Part shown: positions 8,427-16,869 of the stretch, in pieces
Numbering within the stretch: the first letter of the stretch is position 1
Layout: every line of letters starts with the position of its first letter
Source of the DNA: Pseudomonadota bacterium
GTDB taxonomy: Bacteria > Pseudomonadota > Alphaproteobacteria > Caulobacterales > Parvularculaceae
Assembly: GCA_038522945.1 (NCBI GenBank)
Contig: JBCBJV010000002.1
Span: 48,792-72,791, forward strand
Length of the DNA: 24,000 nt
Direction: 5' to 3'
Program-made: the position numbers and the translations under genes
Notes under the pieces: generated by a model
The model's input: only the letters and a program-made list of their open reading frames with translations
Database searches by the model: none
What the model was told of the DNA's origin: nothing

Positions 8427-8583
8427 CGGAATAGTGTTGGCGCGGCACCGCCATTAATTTCCGGTTATCGCCTCGTTTTCGCCGCAGCCTTGCGCTCGGT
8501 TGATCTTGCCTTCGCCTGCCAAAACGTCCGACATGATGCATTGAACGCAGACGACCCCGGTTGCCGACAAAAAGGACCCTGCC

Positions 8584-10347
8584 ATGCGCTTCTCCCCTAA
8601 ATCCTCTCTTAGATTTGCCCCGATGCCGAAAAAGGCGCTTCTTGCAGCGTCAGCGTCCTTGATGGCGCTGGCTGCCTGCGGTGGCGGCGGCGATGCAGCA
8701 TCTGGTGTGAGCAGCGAAGCAAAGCCGACCGCCAAAGCCGCGGCCAAAATGTCAGCGGAGTCCCCCATCGATGCGGCCTTCAAGCTGAAAGGGGGCGAGC
8801 CCCTGGACGTAGATGCGCTTTTCACCCTGTTTCCATCGACAGTCCGACCGGAATACGACAGTGCGACTTTTGATAAGGATTTGGGCGCAACGATCGTGAC
8901 GAACTTGCGTTTTGCCGATCGCGATCTCGGCGACGATGTCGAATTTGACGGGTTTGTTATTGAGCGTGCTGAGCTTTATGGCGTCGACCGGGAAGCTATC
9001 GGGCAAGTGAACAACACCACGCTCGCTGCCATTGATGCCCCGTTTGAAAAAGTCTTCACAAAGATCCGCCTTTTCGGCGTGAACGGGGAGAGCGCCGCTG
9101 CCACTGAAAACGAGGAAAGCGGCGAGATGGATGAGGCCGAGGGCAAGCTCACCATCGAGGCGATCGAGTTTGATAACCTCCGTATACGTCAAGGCGGCAT
9201 CCCCGAAGAAAGCGAGGGAAATCCTCTCGCCCTGTTCGTCAACGCGTTTGAGCTCGGTGGCCTTTACATGAAAGGGGCGATGCTTGGCGGTGGAAGTGAC
9301 GAGGCAGCACTCCGGTTTGACGTGCCCGATATGCGTGTCGTGGGCATTGGCGGCGGAAAGATCGGTGCGCTGATCGCCAAAGACGCCGTTTACTCATTAG
9401 AGCAATCACCGGAAGCGCTGGAGCAACTCGGTGACGCGATTGGCCCCCAGGGCGATGTGCTCATGAACAGCCCTCTTCGCAATCTGATCGCCCCTGGCCT
9501 TCAAGAAAGCAAGTTTTCCGAGTTTGAATGGCGCAATATCGATTTTGCGGGGCTTTTGCCGTTTGGCCTGTCTGGCGAAAAGCCGCCATTGAAAAAGACG
9601 GACATGATCAATCTTGGTACTGCGGTGATCCGCGATGCGGAAACACTGATCAATGGCAAGCTGTTTTCAACGGTGCCCGTCACAGAGCTGACGAATGCGG
9701 AGTTTACCTGGCTCGCGCCGTCGAATATTCGGACTGTGGCGGAAGGTGGTACATATGATTTCACTGCTTATGTGAGCGAGGGCGATGAAGCCGCTGCCGA
9801 TATTCTCAAAACCTATGGTCTTGATAGTGTCAAAGCCGACAGCACATTCGACTATACATGGGATCCAAAAAAAGGTGGTGCCCGTCTGAGTACGGATTTT
9901 CTGGCGCCGGCCTTGGCGGACGTGAAATTTGCCATGGACTTTGATGGGGTCACGCTGAAGGCCCTCGAGGCGGCAACGGAAGAAGGCGATGAGAATCCTG
10001 TCCAATCCCTTGCGCAGTTCAAAGGAATGTCGCTGGAAATCGATGAAGAAAACCTGCTCGATGCAGTCTTTGCGCTATCAGCACAACAGTCTGGCGGCGA
10101 TGGAGATACCATCCGGCGCTCCGTCCCGCTGATGATGCAGATGGCATCGCTTCAGCTGGCGGCGGTTAATCCGCGCATTCCCGATTACGTCTCCGCCCTT
10201 GGTGGCTTCATCGAAAAAGGCGGTAAGCTGACGATTACCGCTAGCCCGGAAACACCTTTGCATATTGGTGAACTTTCCAATCAGATCGAAGGCAATCCGC
10301 AAAGCTTGCCCGATCTGCTCAATCTGGAAATGACCCTGGACGAGTAG
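8584..10347 (+). CDS. large lipoprotein of unknown function
   Basis: 587-aa ORF. AAGGA sits about 8 nt upstream of the ATG at 8584. Lipobox LMALAAC-GGGG at residues 26-32. An alternative ATG at 8623 has no SD. The mature part is acidic with no motif I can assign. Confidence 0.7.
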   Translation: MRFSPKSSLRFAPMPKKALLAASASLMALAACGGGGDAASGVSSEAKPTAKAAAKMSAESPIDAAFKLKGGEPLDVDALFTLFPSTVRPEYDSATFDKDLGATIVTNLRFADRDLGDDVEFDGFVIERAELYGVDREAIGQVNNTTLAAIDAPFEKVFTKIRLFGVNGESAAATENEESGEMDEAEGKLTIEAIEFDNLRIRQGGIPEESEGNPLALFVNAFELGGLYMKGAMLGGGSDEAALRFDVPDMRVVGIGGGKIGALIAKDAVYSLEQSPEALEQLGDAIGPQGDVLMNSPLRNLIAPGLQESKFSEFEWRNIDFAGLLPFGLSGEKPPLKKTDMINLGTAVIRDAETLINGKLFSTVPVTELTNAEFTWLAPSNIRTVAEGGTYDFTAYVSEGDEAAADILKTYGLDSVKADSTFDYTWDPKKGGARLSTDFLAPALADVKFAMDFDGVTLKALEAATEEGDENPVQSLAQFKGMSLEIDEENLLDAVFALSAQQSGGDGDTIRRSVPLMMQMASLQLAAVNPRIPDYVSALGGFIEKGGKLTITASPETPLHIGELSNQIEGNPQSLPDLLNLEMTLDE

Positions 10348-10370
10348 GGCTTAAGCAATCGGGCTAAGCC
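10348..10370. other. hairpin spanning the 16-nt gap between two convergent genes and the ParA-like stop codon
   Basis: ggcttaagc - aatcgg - gctaagcc, an 8 bp stem with one bulged A. No U-tract on either side, so terminator function is doubtful. Confidence 0.25.
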
Positions 10371-11008
10371 GCCCTCGTCCTCTTGCTGATCAGCTGCCCC
10401 GCGATCTCGGCGGTCAGCGCGGTCAATTCTTGTGTGGCAAGACTGCTTGGCGCCGTCTCGTGAACGCCGCGACCCGAGGCTAGGCTATCAGCGAACGCGG
10501 CCCGGTTGCCGAGTTCTGTTGAGGCAACGGGCAAGCCGGATTCTTTCAGCTTTGCACGGATTAAGTCGGCGACCCGGGCCCGGGGCGGTGCGCGATTGAT
10601 CACGAAGAGCGTTTTTTTCTTCAGTGATCCGATCAGCTTTGCTGTCGGCAGGCTGGCATCCAGATCAAGCGGGGAGAGTTGCAGCGGCGCGACCACGAGA
10701 TCGGCCGCGCTGATCGCCCGGGTGACATTCTTGTCGATGGTCGGCGGGGTATCAATCACGATGACGTCTGCTTTCTTCCGGGCCCGGCGGATACAGGATG
10801 GCAGCGCGAACCCCGCGCCTTTTTCGTGATAGATATCTGGCTTATCGAGCCGCGCCTGGCGCAAGCCTGCCCAACGGGTCAGGCTTCCTTGATCGTCGGC
10901 GTCCAGCGTCGCGACACGAAATCCATTTTTCAGCAGGGCAACAGAAAGCTGGCAGGCAAGCGTCGTCTTTCCAGCGCCGCCTTTGCGCTGTGCAACGGTG
11001 ATAATCAC
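10364..11008 (-). CDS. small ParA/MinD-family P-loop ATPase (orphan)
   Basis: 214 aa. Deviant Walker A QRKGGAGKTT. Walker B-like VIVIDTPP. GTG start. The C-terminus is basic (SKRTRAA). Confidence 0.85.
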   Translation of the reverse strand: MIITVAQRKGGAGKTTLACQLSVALLKNGFRVATLDADDQGSLTRWAGLRQARLDKPDIYHEKGAGFALPSCIRRARKKADVIVIDTPPTIDKNVTRAISAADLVVAPLQLSPLDLDASLPTAKLIGSLKKKTLFVINRAPPRARVADLIRAKLKESGLPVASTELGNRAAFADSLASGRGVHETAPSSLATQELTALTAEIAGQLISKRTRAA

Positions 11009-11137
11009 GGAAGAGGGTATCCCGATTTAAAGATTGGCAAATTTTCTGATTGACGCAACCACGAGGACGTTGGCCAGATTCGCGTGCGCGACCGAGAGCG
11101 AAATGTGGCCTTGCCGCTATTCTTTTTCCATTGTCAA

Positions 11138-12316
11138 TTATGCAACGCGCTCGACAATCACCGACCCGGCTGAGTAACCCGCGCCAAATCCGGAAATCAC
11201 GCCGAGGTCTCCCACGGAAAGGTCATCGCGGTGCTTGTGAAACGCGATGATCGAGCCTGCCGACGAGGTGTTTGCATACTCGTCAAGGACAACAGGCGCT
11301 TCGGTCCGCGTTGCGTCGCGCCCGAGGACCCGCTTGGCGATCAACTCGTTCATGGAGAGATTCGCCTGATGCAGCCAAAGACGCTTCAGGTCACTGGTGA
11401 CGAGCCCGGTGTCTTCAACATGGCCGGCAATCATCTCGCCCACCATGGGGACGACATCCTTGAAGACTTTTCGGCCCTGTTGAATGAAGAGTTTATCCGT
11501 ATGCGGTGAGGTTTGCGGGTCCGCCGGTGCGCCAGTTTCAAGCTCAGTGTGGTTCAAGAACCCGTAGTTATTGCGAATGTTATTGGAGAATACCGTCTTG
11601 AGCCGTGTACTGAGAATATCCCAGGCTTCGCCTCGCGGCGCCTCGTCGGTTCGCTCCAGAACCACAGCGGTCGCCACATCGCCGAAAATAAAGTGGCTGT
11701 CGCGGTCGCGGAAGTTTAGGTGCGCTGTGCAGATTTCAGGATTGACCATCAGGACGCGGCGCGAGCCGGCGCGGATCAGGCCAAGGCCGGTTTCAATCCC
11801 GAACGCTGCAGACGCGCAGGCAACATTCATATCGAAGCCAAAGCCATCAATCCCGAGTGCCGCCTGGATTTCAACCGCCATCGCCGGGTAGGCCCGCTGC
11901 AGGTTTGACGCCGCGCAGATCACGCCGTCGATATCGCCAGGGCCAAGGTCAGCTGCTTTCAACGCATCGCGCGCCGCGTGTACGGCCATTTCTGCGAGAA
12001 TCGAAATTTCCGCATTCGGTCGCTCGGGGAGGAACGGGGTCATGCGCGCAGGATCAAGGATCCCGTCCTTGTTCATGACGTATCGTGCTTTGATGCCCGA
12101 TGCTTTCTCCACAAACTCCGCCGAAGAAGGCTGCAACGGCTCAACAGTACCCGCCTCGATGTCGGCTTTGTGCTCTTCATTCCACCGTTCGACGAAGGCG
12201 TTGAACGCCTGCACCAGTTCTTCGTTCGAAATACTGTTAGGCGGCGTGAAGAGCCCGGTGCCGGCGATGCGGACGTCGCGTGCGGGGGTCACGTTAGAGG
12301 AAGGTTGGTTTGTCAT
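11138..12316 (-). CDS. beta-ketoacyl-ACP synthase III family enzyme (long, PA3286-like form)
   Basis: 392 aa. Cys-His-Asn triad contexts are present: MNVACASAAFG, WLHQANLSMNE and DEYANTSSAGS. The N-terminal GTGLFTPPNSISNEELV...EFVEKASGIKARYVM and NPEICTAHLNFRDRDSHFIFGD resemble, from memory, the Pseudomonas PA3286-type KAS III. Confidence 0.85.
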   Translation of the reverse strand: MTNQPSSNVTPARDVRIAGTGLFTPPNSISNEELVQAFNAFVERWNEEHKADIEAGTVEPLQPSSAEFVEKASGIKARYVMNKDGILDPARMTPFLPERPNAEISILAEMAVHAARDALKAADLGPGDIDGVICAASNLQRAYPAMAVEIQAALGIDGFGFDMNVACASAAFGIETGLGLIRAGSRRVLMVNPEICTAHLNFRDRDSHFIFGDVATAVVLERTDEAPRGEAWDILSTRLKTVFSNNIRNNYGFLNHTELETGAPADPQTSPHTDKLFIQQGRKVFKDVVPMVGEMIAGHVEDTGLVTSDLKRLWLHQANLSMNELIAKRVLGRDATRTEAPVVLDEYANTSSAGSIIAFHKHRDDLSVGDLGVISGFGAGYSAGSVIVERVA

Positions 12317-12417
12317 AAGATCGAAACAGCCGATTGTCGTGATAAGGCGCGATTATGCTCAGGCGCGTTCCATGCCAGTTTTGCGCTTCTCCGGGCGGGA
12401 GTTCAACCTGCCTGTCA

Positions 12418-13014
12418 TTACCTCGCGAGCTTCTGAACCGCCTCAAAGCGCGGACAGTCCACTTCATGGTCGTTGACCATGCCCACAGCTTGCATGAAGG
12501 CATAGACGATCACCGGGCCGCAGAACTTAAAGCCCAATGATTTCAATTCCTTGGACATGGCCTCGCTTGTCACCGACTTGGTCGGCCCGTCGCGATAGTT
12601 GGTCAGGTGATTGATGATCGGTTTGCCGTCCACATGGGCCCAAAGTAAGCCAGCAAAGCCGTCCGGCTGCGTCTCCATGATCTCCAGAAACGCCCTGGCA
12701 TTGCCGACGGTCGCATCGATCTTGGATTTTGAGCGAATGATCCCCGCATCGCCCATGAGCCGCTCGATTTTCTTCGGCGTGTAACGGGCGATCTTTTCCG
12801 GATTGAAGCCGTCAAATGCTTTGCGGAAATTATCCCGCTTATAGAGGATCGTGCGCCAGGAAAGCCCCGCTTGAAAGCCGTCGAGGATCAGCTTCTCGAA
12901 TAGCGCGCGGTCATCATACTCTGGCACGCCCCATTCTTCGTCATGGTACTGACGATATAGGTCATCGTCAATCGGGGCCCAAAGACAAGGGGCGGAGGCC
13001 GTTTCTCCGGTCAC
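12418..13014 (-). CDS. tag: DNA-3-methyladenine glycosylase I
   Basis: YHDEEWGVPEYDDRALFEKLILDGFQAGLSW closely parallels E. coli Tag. Zn ligand positions are present (N-terminal C, YHD His, C-terminal H-E-V-D-C). I prefer the GTG at 13014, which overlaps the MAPEG stop as GTGA. The track start, TTG at 13047, is the alternative. Confidence 0.9.
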   Translation of the reverse strand: MTGETASAPCLWAPIDDDLYRQYHDEEWGVPEYDDRALFEKLILDGFQAGLSWRTILYKRDNFRKAFDGFNPEKIARYTPKKIERLMGDAGIIRSKSKIDATVGNARAFLEIMETQPDGFAGLLWAHVDGKPIINHLTNYRDGPTKSVTSEAMSKELKSLGFKFCGPVIVYAFMQAVGMVNDHEVDCPRFEAVQKLAR

Positions 13015-13424
13015 CCGCGCAATCCCAAAAACGCCAGGATCCACCAAGCCAGGATCGCCAACTGGGCAATGAACAATCCAAATCGAAGAAAGACCGCGGG
13101 GCGCGCGGTGGAAATGAGGTGTACGACTGATTGAGCAATCCGGGCACCGAGGAAAATGTTTGCCAACGGGTCTGTCACCGCGGTCTGGTTAGTTGCAATC
13201 GCATAGAGCAGGACTGCAGCAGCAGCGGGCAGGTTCTCGTAGCAGTTCGCATGGACCCGCGTGACGCGTTTGCCAAACCCTTCCATGTCGTCGCCGGATG
13301 CTTGGAACTGGTTCGCCGCTCGCTTGCCGCCAAAGACAAGTAAAGACCGATAGCCGCCTAGCAGCATCACCATCAGAATGTACCAGGCGACGAGCGCCAA
13401 AAGTGTGTGAGCGGTCCAAGTCAT
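13011..13424 (-). CDS. MAPEG-family membrane protein (microsomal glutathione S-transferase-like)
   Basis: 137 aa with about 4 TM helices. The loop motif RVHANCYENLP matches the R-x-H-x-N-x-x-E-N-x-P signature of MAPEG proteins. Confidence 0.75.
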   Translation of the reverse strand: MTWTAHTLLALVAWYILMVMLLGGYRSLLVFGGKRAANQFQASGDDMEGFGKRVTRVHANCYENLPAAAAVLLYAIATNQTAVTDPLANIFLGARIAQSVVHLISTARPAVFLRFGLFIAQLAILAWWILAFLGLRG

Positions 13425-13562
13425 TAGGTGCCTCCCTCAGTTAATTTGGTCGATAGAATCGATCTTTTTAAATTCACGTCGGACCATGAAGTCGATACGG
13501 GCAAACGCAAGCGCCTTTGGCAGCTCTTCAAGCGTGTGTGAAGACCTTCGAAAAAAGGCCGA

Positions 13563-14396
13563 CTATTCAGTTGCCAGGTATGTCGGTAGGTCAAGCGAGG
13601 CTGCGACCCCCTCAATACTAGCCTGGTCTCCGCTTTCTTTTGTCTTCGCCCAGCGATCGAGGCGCACGATAGCGAGTCCAGTCTTGCCAGAAGCGGAAAT
13701 AATCTTTCCAAGGCTAGTCTCGCCTGAGTTGATTTCAGCCCCCTCCCGAAGGGAGGCGCCTTCACTGCGAACGATCACCGTCCGTTTGCGGACTTCGCCT
13801 TTGCGTTTCATCCGGCTGGTGACTTCCTGCCCGACAAAACATCCCTTTTTGTAGCTGACCCCGCCAAGGACATCATAATTGACGTCAAGGAGGAAGACGT
13901 CGTCTCCTTCGAAATCTGCATTAAACTCCGGTACACCGTGAGCGAAGCGGCGCGCGTCATATTCTTGCCATTCAACTGACGCAGGCCGGTCGACCGCGCC
14001 GGACCCGTCACTTTCAACAATGCCGCGCATCCCCAAAACCGTCAGGCGCGGATCTTCGAACCAGTAAAGCGCGCCTTTTGGTGCGTTGGCGCCTTCCTCG
14101 GCCACGTGAACGAACAAATCAGGACGTATACTGATGTCAATTTTGGCCCGTAGGCGATAGAGCTTTAGCCGCTTTTCAAGGGCTGCTGCGACCTCGCTCG
14201 CCACATCGATCAGCGCGCCTTCTTCGGTCGGGATGACAAAAAAGTCGAATAGGATCTTGCCTTGGGGCGTCAGGAGGCATGCAAAGTACGGGGCATCGCC
14301 GGAAGGGTCCTGGGTGATGAGCCCTTGCAGAAAGGGAAGGGTTTCCGCGCCCTTCAACTCGATGATCGTGCGCCGGGAGGATTGTGTGTCTGTCAT
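13563..14396 (-). CDS. ygfZ: YgfZ/CAF17-family folate-binding Fe-S cluster-related protein
   Basis: 277 aa. Carries the signature KKGCFVGQEVTSRMKRKGEVRKR (K-G-C-[FY]-x-G-Q-E). GcvT-like N-terminal region. Confidence 0.88.
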   Translation of the reverse strand: MTDTQSSRRTIIELKGAETLPFLQGLITQDPSGDAPYFACLLTPQGKILFDFFVIPTEEGALIDVASEVAAALEKRLKLYRLRAKIDISIRPDLFVHVAEEGANAPKGALYWFEDPRLTVLGMRGIVESDGSGAVDRPASVEWQEYDARRFAHGVPEFNADFEGDDVFLLDVNYDVLGGVSYKKGCFVGQEVTSRMKRKGEVRKRTVIVRSEGASLREGAEINSGETSLGKIISASGKTGLAIVRLDRWAKTKESGDQASIEGVAASLDLPTYLATE

Positions 14397-14402
14397 GAAA
14401 CG

Positions 14403-15368
14403 TCAGATAAGGGTTACGCCCAACTTTTCAAAGAGCGATTGATCGCGGCTCTCGCCAGGGTTCGGCGTGGTCAGGAGTTCCTCGCCAACGAAAACTGAAT
14501 TTGCCCCCGCCAGCAGGCACAGCGCTTGGGCTTCCTCGCTCATTTGCTCCCGGCCTGCGGAGAGCCGCACATAGGATTTTGGCATGGCAATCCGGGCAAC
14601 GGCGATCACCCGGGCAAACTCAATAGCGGGCAGGGCCTCGCTGTTCCCAAGGGGCGTCTCTGCGATGGGCACGAGCGCGTTGATCGGCACCGACTCAGGG
14701 GCGGGGTCCATATTGGCTAGTGCCAGGAGCAACCCGACCCGGTCTTCGGCTTGCTCGCCCATGCCGACAATCCCGCCGCAGCAGACTCTCATGCCCGAGG
14801 TGCGTACCCGCGCCAGCGTCTCCAGCCGGTCTTCAAATGTGCGGGTGGAGATCACTTTGGCATAATACTCCGGGCTCGTATCAATATTATGGTTGTAATA
14901 GTCGAGACCAGCTTCTGCGAGGGCAGTTGCCTGGTTGTCATTCAGCATACCGAGGGTCATGCAGGTCTCAAGGCCGAGGTCTTTCACATCACTGACCATG
15001 CCGCAGAGGACCGCCAAGTCCTTGTCTTTGGGCGACCGCCATGCAGCCCCCATACAGAACCGCGAGGCGCCTTCTGCTTTGGCCTTCCTGGCTTCCGCTA
15101 ATACCGCTTCCCGTGACATGAGCTTGTCCGCCTTGAGGCCGGTCTTGAAGTGGGCGGACTGGCTGCAATAGCCACAGTCTTCCGGGCAGCCGCCGGTCTT
15201 GATGGAGAGAAGCCGCGAGGCCTGCACCTCGTTTGGCGCGAAGTGTTGCCGATGCACGGTCTGCGCCCGAAAGATGAGATCGGCAAACGGCAGCTCAAAC
15301 AGAGAATCGATCTCGTCGCGCCGCCAGGTTTTTGTTGGACCATCAATGTTCTGGGGAGCGCCGTCCAT
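14403..15368 (-). CDS. bioB: biotin synthase (radical SAM)
   Basis: Radical-SAM motif [13 protein letters not shown], with BioB-like context throughout. I prefer the ATG at 15368, preceded by GAAGGAAAG. The track ORF starts at a TTG at 15386. Confidence 0.95.
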   Translation of the reverse strand: MDGAPQNIDGPTKTWRRDEIDSLFELPFADLIFRAQTVHRQHFAPNEVQASRLLSIKTGGCPEDCGYCSQSAHFKTGLKADKLMSREAVLAEARKAKAEGASRFCMGAAWRSPKDKDLAVLCGMVSDVKDLGLETCMTLGMLNDNQATALAEAGLDYYNHNIDTSPEYYAKVISTRTFEDRLETLARVRTSGMRVCCGGIVGMGEQAEDRVGLLLALANMDPAPESVPINALVPIAETPLGNSEALPAIEFARVIAVARIAMPKSYVRLSAGREQMSEEAQALCLLAGANSVFVGEELLTTPNPGESRDQSLFEKLGVTLI

Positions 15369-15491
15369 GTTCTTTCCTTCAGCCAAAAAGGTTTGCGCCC
15401 CAAGGCCTAGGCGGTCGCTGCGTAGAATTCAATTGTGGAATGCATCAGTGTCTCTCTGGCATTGACGTTCGCGGCGGCGTAAAGAAGCGGC

Positions 15492-16844
15492 ATGACAAAT
15501 ACATTCGACTTGATTCTGAAGAACGGCACTGTGGTCAACCACGATGGTGAGGGCCTGCGTGACGTTGGGGTGCGCGATGGCAAAATCGCTGAGATCGGCG
15601 ACCTCGGGACAGCCTCCGCTGGCGAGACGATCGACTGCAAGGGGCTTCATGTCTTGCCGGGCATTATCGACAGCCAGGTTCATTTTCGAGAGCCCGGTCC
15701 GACGCACAAGGAGGATCTCCACACCGGGTCCAAAGCGGCTGTCCTCGGCGGCGTGACGGCGGTATTCGAAATGCCGAACACCAATCCGCTGACGGTCACA
15801 GCAGAGGCGATCGAAGACAAGCTCGCGCGCGCGGCAGGCAAGGTCGATCATGCGGGCATGTATTGCGATCATGCGTTTTTCGTCGGCGCCACCCACGGCA
15901 ACCCAAAAGATCTTGCTGAGCTTGAAATGCTGCCTGGCGTTTCCGGTGTAAAAATCTTCATGGGCGCGTCGACCGGGGACCTCTTGGTAGAAGACGATGA
16001 AGGCGTCCGGGAAGTGCTTGCCCATGGGCGACGGCGTGTCGCGATACACTCCGAAGACGAATATTTGCTGCGCGAGGGCAAGGAAAAGCGCCGGCTCGGG
16101 GACTGGACCTCTCACCCGGAAGCACGCTCGGTCGAGGCCGCTGTGCGGTGTACGGAGCGCTTGCTGCGTCTGGCCCGGGAGACTGGCCGGCGGATCCATG
16201 TGCTTCATATTTCCACCGAAGACGAACTCCCCATGCTGGCGGCGAACAAAGATATCGCAACTTGCGAAATCTTGCCCAATCACCTGACGCTGGAAGCACC
16301 GGAATGCTATGAGCGCCTGAAAGGCCTCGCCCAGCAAAACCCGCCCGTGCGTGAAGCGCGTCATCGCGCAGGGCTATGGCGCGCGGTTCAGCAAGGCGTC
16401 TTCGATGTGATGGGGACGGATCATGCGCCGCACACCTTGGAAGAAAAAGCGAAGGAATACCCGATCTCGCCTTCGGGCATGCCCGGCGTACAAACACTGG
16501 TGCCTCTGATGCTCACCCATGTGGCGGAGGGCCGCCTGACGCTGGCCCGCATGATTGACCTCCTGTGCCACGGACCCCTGCGAGTCTTCGGGATCGCCGG
16601 GAAAGGACGCCTGGCTGTGGGGTATGACGCCGATTTCACTGTCGTCGATCTAAAGCGGCGCGAGACCATCACCAATGAGCAGCAGGCAACCAAGTCTGGC
16701 TGGACGCCCTATCACGGTATGGAAGCGACCGGCTGGCCGATCGGGACGATCATCCGTGGCCAGCGCATCATGTGGGAGGCGGAGCTCGCCGAACCGCCAC
16801 AGGGCAAGCCAGTGAAGTTTCAGGAGACGATGGGGCGCAAATAG
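15492..16844 (+). CDS. pyrC: dihydroorotase, long (about 450 aa) cyclic-amidohydrolase type
   Basis: 450 aa. Motifs LPGIIDSQVHFREPG, GGVTAVFEMPNTNP, GVKIFMG (carbamylated-Lys position), AIHSEDE, HVLHIST and GTDHAPH. Confidence 0.85.
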   Translation: MTNTFDLILKNGTVVNHDGEGLRDVGVRDGKIAEIGDLGTASAGETIDCKGLHVLPGIIDSQVHFREPGPTHKEDLHTGSKAAVLGGVTAVFEMPNTNPLTVTAEAIEDKLARAAGKVDHAGMYCDHAFFVGATHGNPKDLAELEMLPGVSGVKIFMGASTGDLLVEDDEGVREVLAHGRRRVAIHSEDEYLLREGKEKRRLGDWTSHPEARSVEAAVRCTERLLRLARETGRRIHVLHISTEDELPMLAANKDIATCEILPNHLTLEAPECYERLKGLAQQNPPVREARHRAGLWRAVQQGVFDVMGTDHAPHTLEEKAKEYPISPSGMPGVQTLVPLMLTHVAEGRLTLARMIDLLCHGPLRVFGIAGKGRLAVGYDADFTVVDLKRRETITNEQQATKSGWTPYHGMEATGWPIGTIIRGQRIMWEAELAEPPQGKPVKFQETMGRK

Positions 16845-16869
16845 GCTCTTTGGTCCCGCACGGCCCTAA

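Noticed and set aside
15429-16364. 311-aa minus-strand ORF
   Set aside because: It is entirely antisense to the well-supported dihydroorotase gene. The translation is Arg/Ala-rich with no motifs, a typical shadow ORF in GC-rich DNA.
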